This document shows, piece after piece, positions 1 to 13,286 of a stretch of 64,000 nt of DNA. Every line of letters starts with the position of its first letter. Within the stretch, counting starts at the first letter, position 1. The position numbers and the translations under genes were made by a program. The DNA comes from the human T2T-CHM13v2.0 reference genome, Homo sapiens: assembly GCF_009914755.1 (NCBI RefSeq), contig NC_060926.1; one strand, 5' to 3'. The notes under the pieces are model-generated. The model saw only the letters and a program-made list of their open reading frames with translations, had not been told where the DNA came from and did no database searches.

Positions 1-386
1 TGTGGACTGACTGTCGGGCTGACTGATAATTCCTACTGAGATACACTTCAATGCCATCCCACAACAAGATGCTGGGATTGGATTTAAAGCCAATGTAAGC
101 TTTAAATGGAGTTTTACTGTGAAACAAAACACCTGTCTTTCATCCCAAGCTAAATTGACAAGCAATAATTTAGTTGTCTAAACTGAGAGCTTTCAGGATT
201 CCAAACTGCATAATGTCAAAAGACAATGTATAAAGTTGCACTTGGAAGTTCAAAGGTAGAATGCCATGTAGGCAAACATATTATATGACTGGTCTTTTCC
301 TCTCTCTCTTTAGTCCTTTCTTCTGTCCCCTCTGCCAGTTTCCTTTGCTACTATTTTTTTGGGGGCTGGTGAGGGGCTGGTGAGGA

Positions 387-420
387 ATGTGGGGGAGAGA
401 GATTGTAACTATGCAAATTG
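387..420 (+). CDS. Speculative first coding exon segment (MWGREIVTMQI) of an orphan spliced ORF
   Basis: ATG at 387 follows an in-frame TGA (381-383); a second in-frame ATG at 411 has A at -3; ends at consensus donor TTG|GTGAGT (421-426), phase 1, compatible with the 28392 exon. Linkage across 28 kb is inference only. Confidence 0.2.
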
Positions 421-803
421 GTGAGTAGGTGACAACAAAAGCATTTTCTCCCTTTTACTTTCCACAAGATGAGCACTTCCTGTGTTCAATTGAATTAATC
501 AGAGATTGCATCTACCAAATAGAAATAAAAGGAAAGAAATAAAGAATACTTAAGCAAGATTACTAAAGTCCTCCCTACATAAATGTAAAATAATATAGCC
601 TGAATTTTGTAGCAACTTTTTCCATACAAATTATTCTGTTTCTTCTATCTTCCACTTCAGTTGCATTTGTTAAAATCGGGGTACCTGACATCGGAGAGGC
701 TAAATTTAGTCCCTTACACGTGACAACATTTTACACTTGTCCTTCAATAATTTCTTTTTAGGATAAATAGTAAAAGTAACCATGGCCTTTCTTTCTCCAA
801 ACT

Positions 804-807
<4 letters not shown>

Positions 808-848
<41 letters not shown>
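808..848. repeat. (TC)n microsatellite, ~20 units
   Basis: Directly visible dinucleotide run. Confidence 0.97.
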
Positions 849-851
<3 letters not shown>

Positions 852-2289
852 ATCCACACACACAGGGTATTTCTTTTACTTTTTTTTTCTTCTTTTGAGG
901 TTCACAAGCTATCTTTTCTTCCATCTTCTTTCCCAAAAGAAAAAATGAGGGAAGCAGGGTCGATTAGCAAAATGAAACAGATGCTGATACAAAAGTAGTG
1001 AGCTAGTTCTGATTGGACTTTGCCAGCTGTCAGTGAGCATTTCTGTGTTTTGTTAATGAAGTGGTATTCACTTTTCTGGACTGGCATTGGCTGACATGTT
1101 TAGTGTAATGAATGCTAAACTGAGCCTAGATCATTTTTTAAATCATAGCTTAGGGCTTAACAGCCCTTTAAATGAATTCTATAAACAAGATAGTTGTTAA
1201 TTCTCAATCAATGTATCACTAATCATCAAATAGTATTAAAACAAGAGATGGTCTTTTACAAACTCAGTAAACCTTATTAAAGTTACCAAATTATCCATTC
1301 AGGGGTTATTTTCTCATTCAGAGAATGTCAAGATTTGAACAGAAATATATTTGAAGATACCTATTTCTGTGGATTAGTAAAGGAGATGTGTGTTTGTGTG
1401 TGTGTGTATAAATGTGTGTGCCTTCATAAATTAATATGGCCTCAAGAAATGAGTAACTAACATAGCCTTAAATCTGAAGTCATTAATAAAAATGTAAACT
1501 GTATATCACAGTGAGTTCCATGTGTCTTTAGTTTGCTGACACCCACAAGCAAGCATTTCATGAGAGGAACCTAAGTATGGTGAAAACTAGAAAAGTGTAT
1601 GTAGGCTATTCTTTACAACAACAACAACAACAAAATTCTCCCTTTTACTGTGACACTATAACAATACAGGCTATATTATTTTGCATTTATGTGCAGTGTT
1701 TTAAAATTCATCTACAATTCCGTAGACTCAACACTTGGGGAGTAGTATAGTGATTCTAGCTCACCCCATCTCTTCTACTGTACTGCAACTCTGCTTTACT
1801 TTCTCATGGAATACTAAAATAGTGCCTGGCATACAGTACATGGTAAATATTTGTTTCATAAATGAACAAATGCAGGTGGAAGATGAAAAGAGATGTCAAG
1901 GCAAATAACATTCATTAACTATCTTTTATTCTCAATGTTAAGGTGTGTTTGGGACCTATTATTTAATTCTAATAGCAATCTCATTAGGTAGGTAGTATTA
2001 TTCTCAGGTGTAATATTTAATTTTGAAATTTAATTATATATAAACTTATATTCAAATACACATTTAATATTATTCTAAAATGTAATTTCTTAATTGAATT
2101 AATTTAACAGTTATATGAATAATATTTAATATTTTATGTATATAGTTTTAAAAGTCAAATGATGATCAAAAGCTTACAATGGTAGTTTTCGCTCATTTAC
2201 CCCTCTTCCTCTCCCTTTGAGGCCAGTTTCTCCAGAAATGTATTCTTCAGCTTTTTGTCTAGGGGTATTATGATGTTTGAAATGCCTTA

Positions 2290-3600
2290 CAAAGGAGTGA
2301 CAAATTTAGCATATGTCTTCAGAAGAAAGGTAATACTAGAAGTGTGTTGACAGATAAATGAGATTTATCCCTAGTTAGATGAGGGCAGAGAGGGACAATT
2401 GTAAATCAAGGGAAAAGCAAGTACAGGGATTAAAAGTTTAGAAGTTTCTGGTATGTTTGTGTAGCTGAGAGTGTAAGATGCTTGTATCTGTTGGCTAGAT
2501 CAAGGAATATAGGCATCGGGAATGAAGCTGGAAGGATAATCCTTGACCGTTGCGTAAAGAACTTAAAATGCTATGCTGATAAATTTGTATTTTGTAATGT
2601 ATGTAGAAAGCGAAGCAAAAGCTTAAGAAGGCACCACATCCATATTTTAGAAAGATTTGGTAACATTGTGGAGAAGGGATTGAGGAGGGCAGGAATTAGA
2701 GTTAAACCCCCTAGTTAGGAGGCTATTACAGTCACCCATGCAAGATGTATAGAAGACTTGAATTGCAACTATGTACTGATTGTGGTCACTGTTGAGGCCC
2801 TGGCAAACAGCTCAACTCTCACCCCTTCATTAGTAACTGAATTCCAACTGTGTTTATGCATCCATTTCTTGATGAGGCACTCACATCCTCAGTTCAGGGA
2901 TAAATCCAGATTAGTCCAAGGAAATTATAGAAAATCCACTGAATTTGTTAGTGATTGGCTGAGGAGCATGCATGTGACAGTCTGATCAATGGGATGTGAG
3001 GGGAGTTTTGCTGAAAGCTTTTGAAAAATATTTCTTCATTTTATAAAGAAACACTGGTCTAGATAGTTTCTCTTCTTCCAATGGATATATTCATGCTCAG
3101 ATGCAGTATTTTAAACTATGACAAAATATCTGACCATGTGGGAGAGCAGAAAGAAAGAATCTGGGCTTTTTATTACATTGCTGTTTGGCTGACTTAATTC
3201 TTATTCTTTCCATAGCACAAAATTTTCCTTTATCCGAACTAGTACACCACTTCTCCTCCTCCTCCTCCTCCAAATAATACCTGGCATTTAGGCAATATTA
3301 TTATGTGCCAAGCATCACCTAAGACAGCCCTATAAAGGAGATTCCATGGTTATCAAGGGATAATAGAGAAAGACAGGGTGCAAGTTTGAAAAATGTATAA
3401 GAAGTAACATCAATAAGTTTAGGGACTTCATATATTAGATAAAAGACAAGATATCAAAATAATTACACATTTGGTTTTTAATTGAGTGACATTGGTGAAT
3501 GGCGCTAAGATTAACTGAGCCTGCAAATAGCAGAAGTTTTGGATTACAAATTAGAAACACTATGTTGTTGAGTTTAGGACTGGTTAAGAATGTCTGGAAT
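2290..3600 (-). mobile_element. Degraded LINE-2 (pieces ~2290-2770 and ~3360-3600) split by an LTR
   Basis: Purine-rich antisense L2 motifs such as 'agttaggaggctattacagtcacccatgcaagatg' and 'tattttagaaagatt'. Confidence 0.55.
2780..3200 (+). mobile_element. Old ERVL/MaLR-type solo LTR (MLT1J/K- or LTR16-like)
   Basis: 'agtgattggctgaggagcatgcatgtgacagtctgatcaatgggatgtgagggga' resembles these LTR families; boundaries approximate. Confidence 0.45.
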
Positions 3601-3915
3601 AAGTTCAATAGTTGGGGATGTGGGATCAGAATTTTTAATTACTGTTTCATTGTCATGTCTGCAGTGGGTACTTAGCAAATGCTTGTGCAATAAAATTAAT
3701 TAATAAACTATTTCTGAATATATATAGAAAGAAGCATTCTCTTTCTCCTACTACCAACTGCCACCACCTCACTCAGATGAATATATAATCAAACGTGAAT
3801 GGAACAAAGAGTGAGAATATAAAACATCACTGAAGCAGGCTTAATCTGATGCACATGTAGTGAATAAATAGCAATGATGAAATCTTTTATTTTTCCAAAG
3901 ATCCATTTGGTGTAT

Positions 3916-3967
3916 TTTTTACCCATATGAATTCATATGGGTAAAAATTCATATTCAAATATGAATT
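3916..3967. repeat. Perfect 32-bp palindrome (3916-3947) overlapping a second 10-bp-arm hairpin (3946-3967)
   Basis: TTTTTACCCATATGAATTCATATGGGTAAAAA is its own reverse complement; AATTCATATT-CA-AATATGAATT follows. Confidence 0.95.
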
Positions 3968-4750
3968 CAAAGTCAAACAGAAATCATAAATATTTTAATC
4001 TCTTTGCTGGTATTTTCAGTTAGCCAACTAACAATTAAAGCATCCCACAAGATAGTTTTTTCAAGTGCTTTGTGTATTTTCTTCCTGGAAGCATTAGCAG
4101 TGAGGGCCAACAGCCCTATGATACTTTGGGAATGACAACTAAGTAACAACATGGTGCACTGATTCATCTGTCACCATCCTTATGTTTTAGGTGCTTGTGG
4201 CAGAGATGTAGGTGAGACCACCAAGAAATGTACTCTTGAACAGTAAAGTGTTTTCTTAAAGTGAGCTAACTTATTGCAGCAAACGAGTCAAATTGAGGGG
4301 GAAAATAACGTACTTTAGAAGTGAGACACTTACTCAAGCCTCAAGGGCGAATACAAAGTGAGAATCAACTACTGATGATCAATAATTCAGTTAGCCAACT
4401 GCTTTGTCCATGTACTCATTTATTCAAATTATTTGTTTATTTGTGTACCTTTACTGATCATTTCTAATGTGCCAAGCACTCTGCCTATGCACAGGTTTGC
4501 TAAACTAAACATGATTTGAAGATAGGAAATGTCTCCCAAATTCTCAAAGCATTATAGAGGGTAAACAGCTTTTTAGGGTGAAGTGAACTGCCCTAGACCT
4601 AGGGAAGAGTGAAATAGCAAAAACATACATGGCCCATGGGATTCCTGTGTTGCAATCCACACAAAGTACATGTAAATGGCCGCTCAGCTGAGTGACCAGG
4701 TGACTCTAACAGACTTGGTTCTCAAAAGTACTGACAGTTTATTCAGGTAA

Positions 4751-5086
<336 letters not shown>

Positions 5087-5174
5087 TAAATACCCAACCA
5101 CTGGTTTGACAGTTGTTTCATTCAATTAGTTGGCTTTAAAGACACTGAATATCTTTGTGGTTTAAAAAAAAATG

Positions 5175-5375
5175 ATCCAGATTCAAATCCTGGTGTGACA
5201 CTTTCCATCTGCATGTCTGTGGTTAAGCTTGCTATTATATTTAGTTACTTTACCTTCTCACATTTAAAATGATGATGAATATGACAACCACCTAGAGTGA
5301 TACACAAATTACACAGTGAATGTGAAAGGCTAAGCATAGCATGGAGTACAAGGTAAGGGCTCAGCTAAAAGTAAT
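5175..5375 (+). mobile_element. MIR SINE (degraded)
   Basis: 'gattcaaatcctgg...' 5' part and 'tgtgaaaggctaagcatagc...taagggctcag' 3' part. Confidence 0.55.
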
Positions 5376-6249
5376 CCATGTAATTAGTTCTGTTTTGTCA
5401 TAAGGTTGGTGCAGTTTACCTTAAACATGTATATACATAGTATTTGACCAAGAATTTCTGGTAGCAGTCTACTTTTGTTTTTGTTTTACCTTATAATTCA
5501 CAGGCAGTTAGATATTACCAGTGGTATGGATTTTCACCATTGCTTTTCAGCTATTATTACTCTAAACAAGGAAGAACTCTGAAAAAAGGCTAGAAATTAT
5601 TGATTAGTAAAAGTAAATCCTAGGTAATCAGTTCCATTTGGTGGGTACTTCATTTGCTCTGTTTCACAGCCATGGGCAAGATTATCAGTACAGTACCTTG
5701 ATCAGAAATATTTCAACTATGAAAAAACCAAATGAGTACAAAAAATGTAATAGCAGATTTAGGCAGTATAAAATTAATGCTGGAATTCAAATATATTATT
5801 ATGGAAACAAGCATTTTATTTCTTTGTGCTGTGTCATTTTCTTTCTATTGGCTTTGGCACTTGAGTCCAACGGTTGTTGCCTTATGATTATAAGGTGGCT
5901 GCTACAGCTCCAGGCTTTATTTCTGCTTTCCAGACAAAAGAATGACAATTCTTTTTAACATTGTGAAGTTTTATATTTTTGTCCCAGGAGTCTTATCCTC
6001 TTTGGCAGCCTTTCAATTAAATCTTGTAGGCCAAAAGTGGGTCAGTCAATATGACCATCATTACACTACGAAATTTCAATAATTAATTTAGACCAAGGGG
6101 ATAGGTAATGGCCTATCCAGGGACTGTCACTTACTACCTGAACTGAAAGGGAAGAAAAGCAGCAAACAGCTATTGGGAATTGGGATGAGAACAGTCTTCC
6201 ATACTCCCAAGAGAAACTATGTTTGGTTTAAAATTAAGGACAATTAGAG

Positions 6250-6550
6250 CACTTACATTACAAATGGGATGACCTTGGATAAGTTATTGAGCCACTTAGA
6301 GCATCAGTTTTCTTATATGTAAAACAGAAAAAATAAAAGCAATCTGAGAGGTCTGAAAGCTTCTGGGCCCATCCCGGCTGATAAATAGTTTCTCAATAAA
6401 TGTTGGTTTTCCACTGTGAAATGTTGATCAAGTTTACTTTGAAACTCTAAATCTCAGTTTCTTCCTCAGTAACATGGGTTTGATAATAGTGAAGCAATCT
6501 TGGAAAGCATTCAACACAGCTTCAAATAGTACAGCTCAATGATTGTTAAT
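6250..6550 (+). mobile_element. Two adjacent MIR fragments
   Basis: MIR core 'tgaccttggataagttatt...catcagttttcttatatgtaaaa' and 'tctcagtttcttcctcagtaacatggg'. Confidence 0.6.
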
Positions 6551-8049
6551 CATGATAATGGAAGATGATCAAGATAATGATCCTGATCTAGGCTGGTTAG
6601 TCTATTTTTGTGCTCTTTGAAAATCCAAAGAAAAATACTTGGCTGAAAATAGTTCCACATCTTTGAAGCCCTACTCCAAGGAAGACTTCTTGGGGCTTTG
6701 AAGGATCCTTAGTCATTGAGAATTTTTTCCTTAAATTCAAAAGTAGCACTGAAGGTAGGTAGTCCTTAATTTTGTTGGCTGCTATCAGTGAAAACTTTAA
6801 AAGGGGTGAATAAGAAGTATTTGAGTCTTTTCTGGATCTATTTATTTATGAGTTTAGTAAAAAGACATGGAAAATATCTTTTTCTCCCCCACTGTCTTCC
6901 CACCACTCACTCTGACTATAGAGACTATAGATCTAAGAAAATTCATTTACAGGAGCTCCAGTTCTCATGAAACAAACTCCTTCAAATACAATTTTTCTGT
7001 TATGATTTTAATAATTTGTTTCAGTAGACCCAGAAGAACTGGCTTCTGCCTCAGGCTAGTCAAGCCCACCCAGAATTGTCACAGGTTAAGCTCTGGACTG
7101 CAAACTTTGCTAACATGGAATTAAGGAACAATGGATAAAAGTGTTGTCCTCCTAAGGGATGTTCTGAGAGTTCCTCTTGTCTTACTTCTTGGGAAGCTCT
7201 GGAAAGTGTTTTGTTTCTTCTCCTTTTCCCCTGGTCTCCTTTTCCTCACATCCCAACAATTATGTCACTTTTTAAATATTTCAAATGAAAAGACCCCTTT
7301 CATTCATCATGGTGCCTTCATGGTGAGGAGCTCTTGAAGCCTGAGAGTTTCATAGAGGATTTCTCTGAATAAAATCTGAGAATCTGAGAGCATCCCTTAA
7401 ACTCCAAGCTCAGCTGCCCGGGACTTCTAAAATTGGAGGAAGAACCAGATGGAGTGAAAAAAGGAAAAATGTAGCAAAAAAAAAAAAATTAAGGCACTTG
7501 GGCTTTCTAATGTCCTCAATCTGCTTCTTGTCTTGTGTTTCCTATTTTGCTTTCTTTAACTTCTACCTTCCTCACCCCTCTGCAGGCCTGCAACCCAAAT
7601 GGTTACTGTTGGTCAATTCTATCATAGTAGAACCTCACTCAATCCCTATAGCATTGCTTCCTGGCTGCCTCTCCCTTAGTTCAAGTGTGGAGAGAACCAT
7701 TGCAGCCTTCCCTACTTCCCATCATTCTGCTGGCCCCAGGGCCCCCACCCCAATGGAAGACATTTTCCTACAAGTACAAGGTTATCCCCAGCCCACAATC
7801 TACATCCTCAGCACCTCCCTCTGCCTGCACAACTGAGGTTGCTGAGCACTACATGTAAGGTTTATTATGATATGTCTCTATCCTGCTTCTCTGCACTTAT
7901 GTCCTGCTCTTTCTCCATCTTACTTCTACGTATAGCCACTCTCATCTTGATACTATAGGACTTTCCCTGCCTGTGTGTTCTGTTGGAGTCCTGTGCTTTA
8001 TTGCCTTCTTTGTTTCAGGGATCACCAATCCAATTTAATTTTGAAATCC

Positions 8050-8480
8050 ATCTGAGCTCCTCTTTTTACCTAACAACCTACAGCCAGTCCATCAGGAAAT
8101 AACATGAGCTCTACCTTCATAATATGTTCAGAATATGAACTCTTCTCAGAGCCAGAGCATAGCCATAAGATGGGCTCCCCCTGTCCCACTCTCTCCCCCA
8201 TACAACCCACACTTGCTTGACCCTCTCCTGCATCTCTTCCCACTGTTCATTCCAATGTCTTCTTCTCAATGAGCCAGCCTGACTGACTGACCATCTCATG
8301 CCCCATCCCCACATTCCTGATCCCCTTATCCTACTCTACATCTTTTTGTTTCCATAGCACTTGTCATCTTATAGCATCTTATATAGCATTCTATATATGT
8401 TGCTTTTTGCCTGTCTCCCCACCCCCCACCTTAGAAGATTATTGACTTTTTGAGGTTGGGAATCTCTGTGTGGGTTGAAT
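8050..8480 (+). mobile_element. LINE-2 3' region
   Basis: 'cagtccatcaggaaataacatgagctctaccttcataatatgttcagaat' and 'tccatagcacttgtcatc' L2 motifs. Confidence 0.55.
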
Positions 8481-8514
8481 GAAGGATTGTGCAGGAAGTG
8501 ATGATAGATTTTTT

Positions 8515-8770
8515 CTTTATTTAACACACATTTCTATGATGCTGATCATATGCCAGGCACTATTCCAAACACTTGCCAAACTTAACTTATTTAAACTTAA
8601 TACCAAACCCATAAGGAAAGTTATATTATGATCTCCATTATACAGGTCAGGAAAACAAGGTATGGGGAGGTGATATGGCCTGCCAGGACACATGTCTGGC
8701 CAGGATCACAGCCAGGATGTAAACACAGGCAGTCTGCATCCTGAGTCCTTGCTCTTCACAATGACACCAT
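8515..8770 (-). mobile_element. MIR SINE
   Basis: 'tgccaggcactattcc...ctccattatacaggtcaggaaaacaagg' antisense MIR core. Confidence 0.7.
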
Positions 8771-9208
8771 TGGCCACTCATGGTGCTATTCTGAGTAAAT
8801 GAATGAATGGATGCTACTGTTCACTACCCTTTTCCTATTCAGGAAGAGTTAGCTTCTCTGCCTTAGTACTTACTATATTGTATTATAATTCCCCTCTACC
8901 TCTAGGCAGTGAGCCCTTTGAGAGTAAAGCATGAGTTCAGGAACTGGCCCAACAGAGGACACCCATGAACATTTGCTGTCCCGAGTGGAGCTGAAGGAAA
9001 AAGAGTCATGAATTGTTTGCAGTGTGAACTTTAAAGAATATAAAATGCAAAATGCTCCAAAAATTGGGATAGGCTATTTGGAAAGGCAAAACAGCAAAAC
9101 AGAGTTTTGCTGTTACTCAAGGAGAGACATTTCCTTGCCTGTCTAACAAATTTTTTAGACAGATTGTATTATCCTAAACATGAGTTTGTTAAAACTTGAA
9201 TATACCTA

Positions 9209-9526
<318 letters not shown>

Positions 9527-9692
9527 TTAAAAAGACTGAAAAAAAAAGAGTACATTTCTCCAATAGTACCTGTCTTCTTTATTTTTTTTATTATTGTAAG
9601 TTACTGACTATACTAAGTGACTATTTGATATTATGAGGAAATATATTCATGAGATGGGCAGTGTTCATTCACTTTTTCACATTCTTAGCCAC

Positions 9693-9707
9693 CCAGTAGG
9701 AGGCGCT
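9693..9707 (+). promoter_or_regulatory. Candidate CTCF binding site
   Basis: CCAGTAGGAGGCGCT matches CCASYAGRKGGCRSY at 14/15 positions and keeps its CpG; lies in unique sequence. Confidence 0.55.
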
Positions 9708-9859
9708 GTGCTGAGCTCTGCAAAGGGTACAAAGAGGGCTGCTGCACACTCTATGCAAGTGGTGGCCCTCTCCTTGGGAAGGTGAAAATAACAGGCATTA
9801 AAAGGGATAGACGAACTCCAAGTAGTTATATCAACAATAACAATAATATTGGCAGTCAC

Positions 9860-10095
9860 TCTACTAATAGCTAACACTTTAAAACTCTTTTGACTTATCA
9901 GGTATTGTGCTAAAATCTCTAGATTCACTTCTCTATTTAATTTTTATAGTAATCCAGTAAAAATCCTATTAATGTCCCCATTTTATAGATGAAAAGACTG
10001 AGATTGTATAGAACTTAAGTAATATACCTAGTGACATAGTGTCTGAGCTGGGAAATGGCCCTAGATCTAATGGACACAAGAGTTTATGCTCCAAG
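9860..10095 (-). mobile_element. MIR SINE
   Basis: 'tccccattttatagatgaaaagactgagattg...ttaagtaatatacctag' antisense MIR core. Confidence 0.75.
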
Positions 10096-11002
10096 ATTAA
10101 ATGTATGAATGGAAAACCCAGGAGCAGGAAGAGGGAGGGTTGCTAGGTCATGCAGTATGTCTCAAACCGAGGCAAAAAAACAAAACAAAACAAAACAAAA
10201 AACAGTTTTTAAAGGAATTAATAGAAATAGTCTGAAACTATTATGATTAATTATTACTTTTTTCACTATGATGATAATGTTGAAATAGTGAACCAGAACT
10301 TTTTATCTTCTTACCTATGTAAAGAAAAGGTATTTGGAGTCTTAGAGATTATTCTTTTGGATTCTTTTTTGTCCATTTTCCTCTAGCTTTCTTCTCTTTC
10401 CCTTTTGCTGTCTAATATTGATGCATTGTACTTCCATATCAGATCAAAAGCATATGGGATTTTGAACTTATTGACACTGTTCTGTTAAAAATTACATTTA
10501 GAAGCATGTTAAAAGGTCACCTCTCTGGTTACTTATTTCTTGACACTTTGCTAGCACGGACTGTAGCCTTGGTTCATTAGTCAAGGATATTAACAGCCAG
10601 GGTTCGGCTTTCTGAGGTCACGTGGTACAGTCTGGGCCCACACATATTTCTAAGGCTTGTTAGAGTCTTTATTCTTTAAGAATTACCCATTAATCTCTGC
10701 CCAAGAAGTGCAATAATAGGTTAGTTAGTCATCAGATACAAATCAGAATCATTTCTACAAGTGCCTTTAATAGCATTCATTAGTTCTGTGCTTATGTTTT
10801 AAGGGAAATGAAGGTAGGGGAGGAAAATGCCCCCTCTCCAATACTGAACATTTTCCTTCTTTAAGAGCATCTCATTTTGGAATCATTGAAATTAAGACAC
10901 AGAGAATGTGCCAAATCAAATGCAGAAAGTGTGCTTTTCCTGTGGAAATGAGGGCTCCTACAATACTGACTCCTTTTTTTTTTTTTTTTTTTTTTTTCAC
11001 AG

Positions 11003-11064
11003 AGAGGCATCATCTTTGATCATCATCAGATTTTACAACTCATTGTTCCCTTCCAGTCCACAGG
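11003..11064 (+). other. Candidate 62-nt internal cassette exon
   Basis: Branch-point-like TACTGAC (10964-10970), T24 tract, CACAG acceptor (AG 11001-11002) and AGG|GTGAGA donor (11065). Confidence 0.5.
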
Positions 11065-11179
11065 GTGAGAGAATCATGTAAATGGTCAAACAAACACTTG
11101 GATTATAGAAGGCACTTGATATTAATAATGACAATAAAAATGTTTACCTAACTTGGATAGATTTTGTGTATAGATAGGA

Positions 11180-11232
11180 TGTGTGTGCGCATGCACGAAT
11201 GTGTGTGTGTGTGTCTGTGTGTGTGTGTGTGT
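11180..11232. repeat. Interrupted (TG)n microsatellite
   Basis: Alternating purine-pyrimidine run, directly visible. Confidence 0.9.
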
Positions 11233-11934
11233 ATACTCCCCCCTTACTGGGAAAGGACATATCAGAAGATCAGGAAATGCATTACACAATTTTTGTATGC
11301 AATATTAGTCCATTTCTTGGCGGAGACCCAAATCTATTGTGGCGAGAAAGTAATAGATGAACTAACTAGGGACTCAGACTTACTGGCTAGTGTCCAAGAA
11401 ACATTAAAAAATTGAGTACTGAACATAACAAGTAGGATGGTGCATGCAAATTTAGATGTCTTATTGAAAACAGCACATTTATTAATATATTAGACTTGTA
11501 GACGTGAGGGTGTTTTAATACCTACTCAGAAATTACTCATGGGTCGGCTTCACAGAAATATCACTTGCATAAGTGTGAGCTTCAGAGAAATGGTGCCAGG
11601 CATGAGTGATCATGGCTGGACTAATCTAAAGAAAACTGGAATGCCTGTAGTTAATGATACTATATTTTACACGTAAAAATTTTTAAGAGGGTAGATATCA
11701 TGTTAACTGTTCTTATCACAATGAAATAAAAATTTAAAAATAAAACTGATTAATGGGCAAAATATGTTATTGTCATTGTCAAACTGTCATCTTTCTTCCT
11801 AATTCCTTAGAAACTGCTTAACATAACTTTATTTGATGCCTACTATGTGTCAGGCTATTTTCTAAGACACTAGAAATATCCAGATAAAGTAAAAAGATTA
11901 AAAGCATGATTATATAGGAACTACATTTTTGTCA

Positions 11935-12770
11935 GATTTATTTAAGATAGCATTTATGTACAGTAAAATGTACCCTTTAAAATGTACAGCTTGAGGAGTT
12001 TTGACAAATATATACAGATATATGACCATCACTACAATCAATATACAAAACTTTTCCATCATCCCAGAAAGTTCCCAGCTGATCTCTGTAGTCAATGCCT
12101 TCCTCAGACCCCCAGCCTCTGGCAACCACTGATCTGATGTTTGTCCCTGAAGTTTTGCCTTTTCCAAAATGTCATATAAATGAAATCATACAAAATATAA
12201 CCTTTTGTGTCTGTTTTCTTTCACTTAGCACAATGCTTTTGGATCCATCCTAGTTCACACCTTTTTATCACTGAGTGGTATTTCATTTGTTTATACATTA
12301 TTCAGTTGATAGACTTTTAAATTATTTTCAATTTTGTCAACTATGGATAAAGCTGCTGCAAGTATTTGTATACAGGTCTTGTCCATTGTGTGGGCTTATA
12401 TTTTCAGTAGGCAAATACCTGGGAGTGAGATTGCCAGGTAATATGGTAAATATATGTTGAACATTGTAAGAAACTGCCAGAGAGCTTTTGAAATGATTCT
12501 ACCATTTTGCTTTCTCACCACAATGAATGAGATTTTTAGTAGATCTGCATCCTTGTTGACATCGCCAGTCATTTTAATTTAAGCAATTCTAATCAATATG
12601 TAATGGTATCTCATCACAGTTTTTCCTTGCATATTGCTAATGACTAATAATGTTGAGTACATTTGTATGTGCTTATTTGTCAACGAGGTCTCTTCTTTGG
12701 TAAAGTGTGTGTTCTATCTTTTGTCCATTTTTAAAAATTGGGTTTTTGTCTATCTTACTGAACTCTTCTG
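11935..12770 (-). mobile_element. Old L1 3' end (L1MB/L1ME-like)
   Basis: 'cccagcctctggcaaccactgatctg...gttttgccttttccaaaatgtcatataaatgaaatcatac' is a typical antisense L1M 3' UTR. Confidence 0.85.
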
Positions 12771-12865
12771 TGAATTTAAATATTGTTTCCTAATGTGTTA
12801 AATGAAGATAATGCCTATCTCACTGTTTTGTGTGTGTGTGTGTGAAAATAAATGAAACATATGTA

Positions 12866-13286
12866 CAATTGACCCTTGAACAACTTTGTGCGTGCACTTA
12901 CATGCAGATTTTCTTCCTTCCCTGCCACTCCTCAGACAGCAAGACCAACTACTCCTTTTCCTCCTCCTCCTCAGCCTTCTTAATATGAAGATGATGAGAA
13001 TGAAGAGCTTTATGGTGATCCACTTCCACTTTATGAACACTAAATATATTTTCTTTTATGATTTTCTTAATATTTTCTTTTCACTAGCTTACCTTATTGT
13101 AAGAGTACAGTATATAATATATATAACATATAAAATATGTTAGTCAACTATTTATGCTATCAGTAAGGCTTCAGGTCAACAGTAGGGTATTAGCAGTTAA
13201 GTTTTAGGGATTCAAAAATTGCATGTGGGTTTTCAACTGTATGTGGGGCCAGTGCCCCTAATTTCATGTTGTTCAAGGGTCAACTG
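12866..13286 (+). mobile_element. Tigger2a (MER28)-type non-autonomous TcMar-Tigger DNA transposon
   Basis: TIRs CAATTGACCCTTGAACAAC ... GTTGTTCAAGGGTCAACTG flanked by TA duplications; ~420 bp with characteristic internal sequence. Confidence 0.92.

Noticed and set aside
361-395. G-rich tract as a G-quadruplex
   Set aside because: Only three runs of three or more G.
5551-5623. Possible small exon (TTTTCAG|...TAG|GTAATC)
   Set aside because: Stops in all three frames and a weak donor; could only be non-coding and has no other support.
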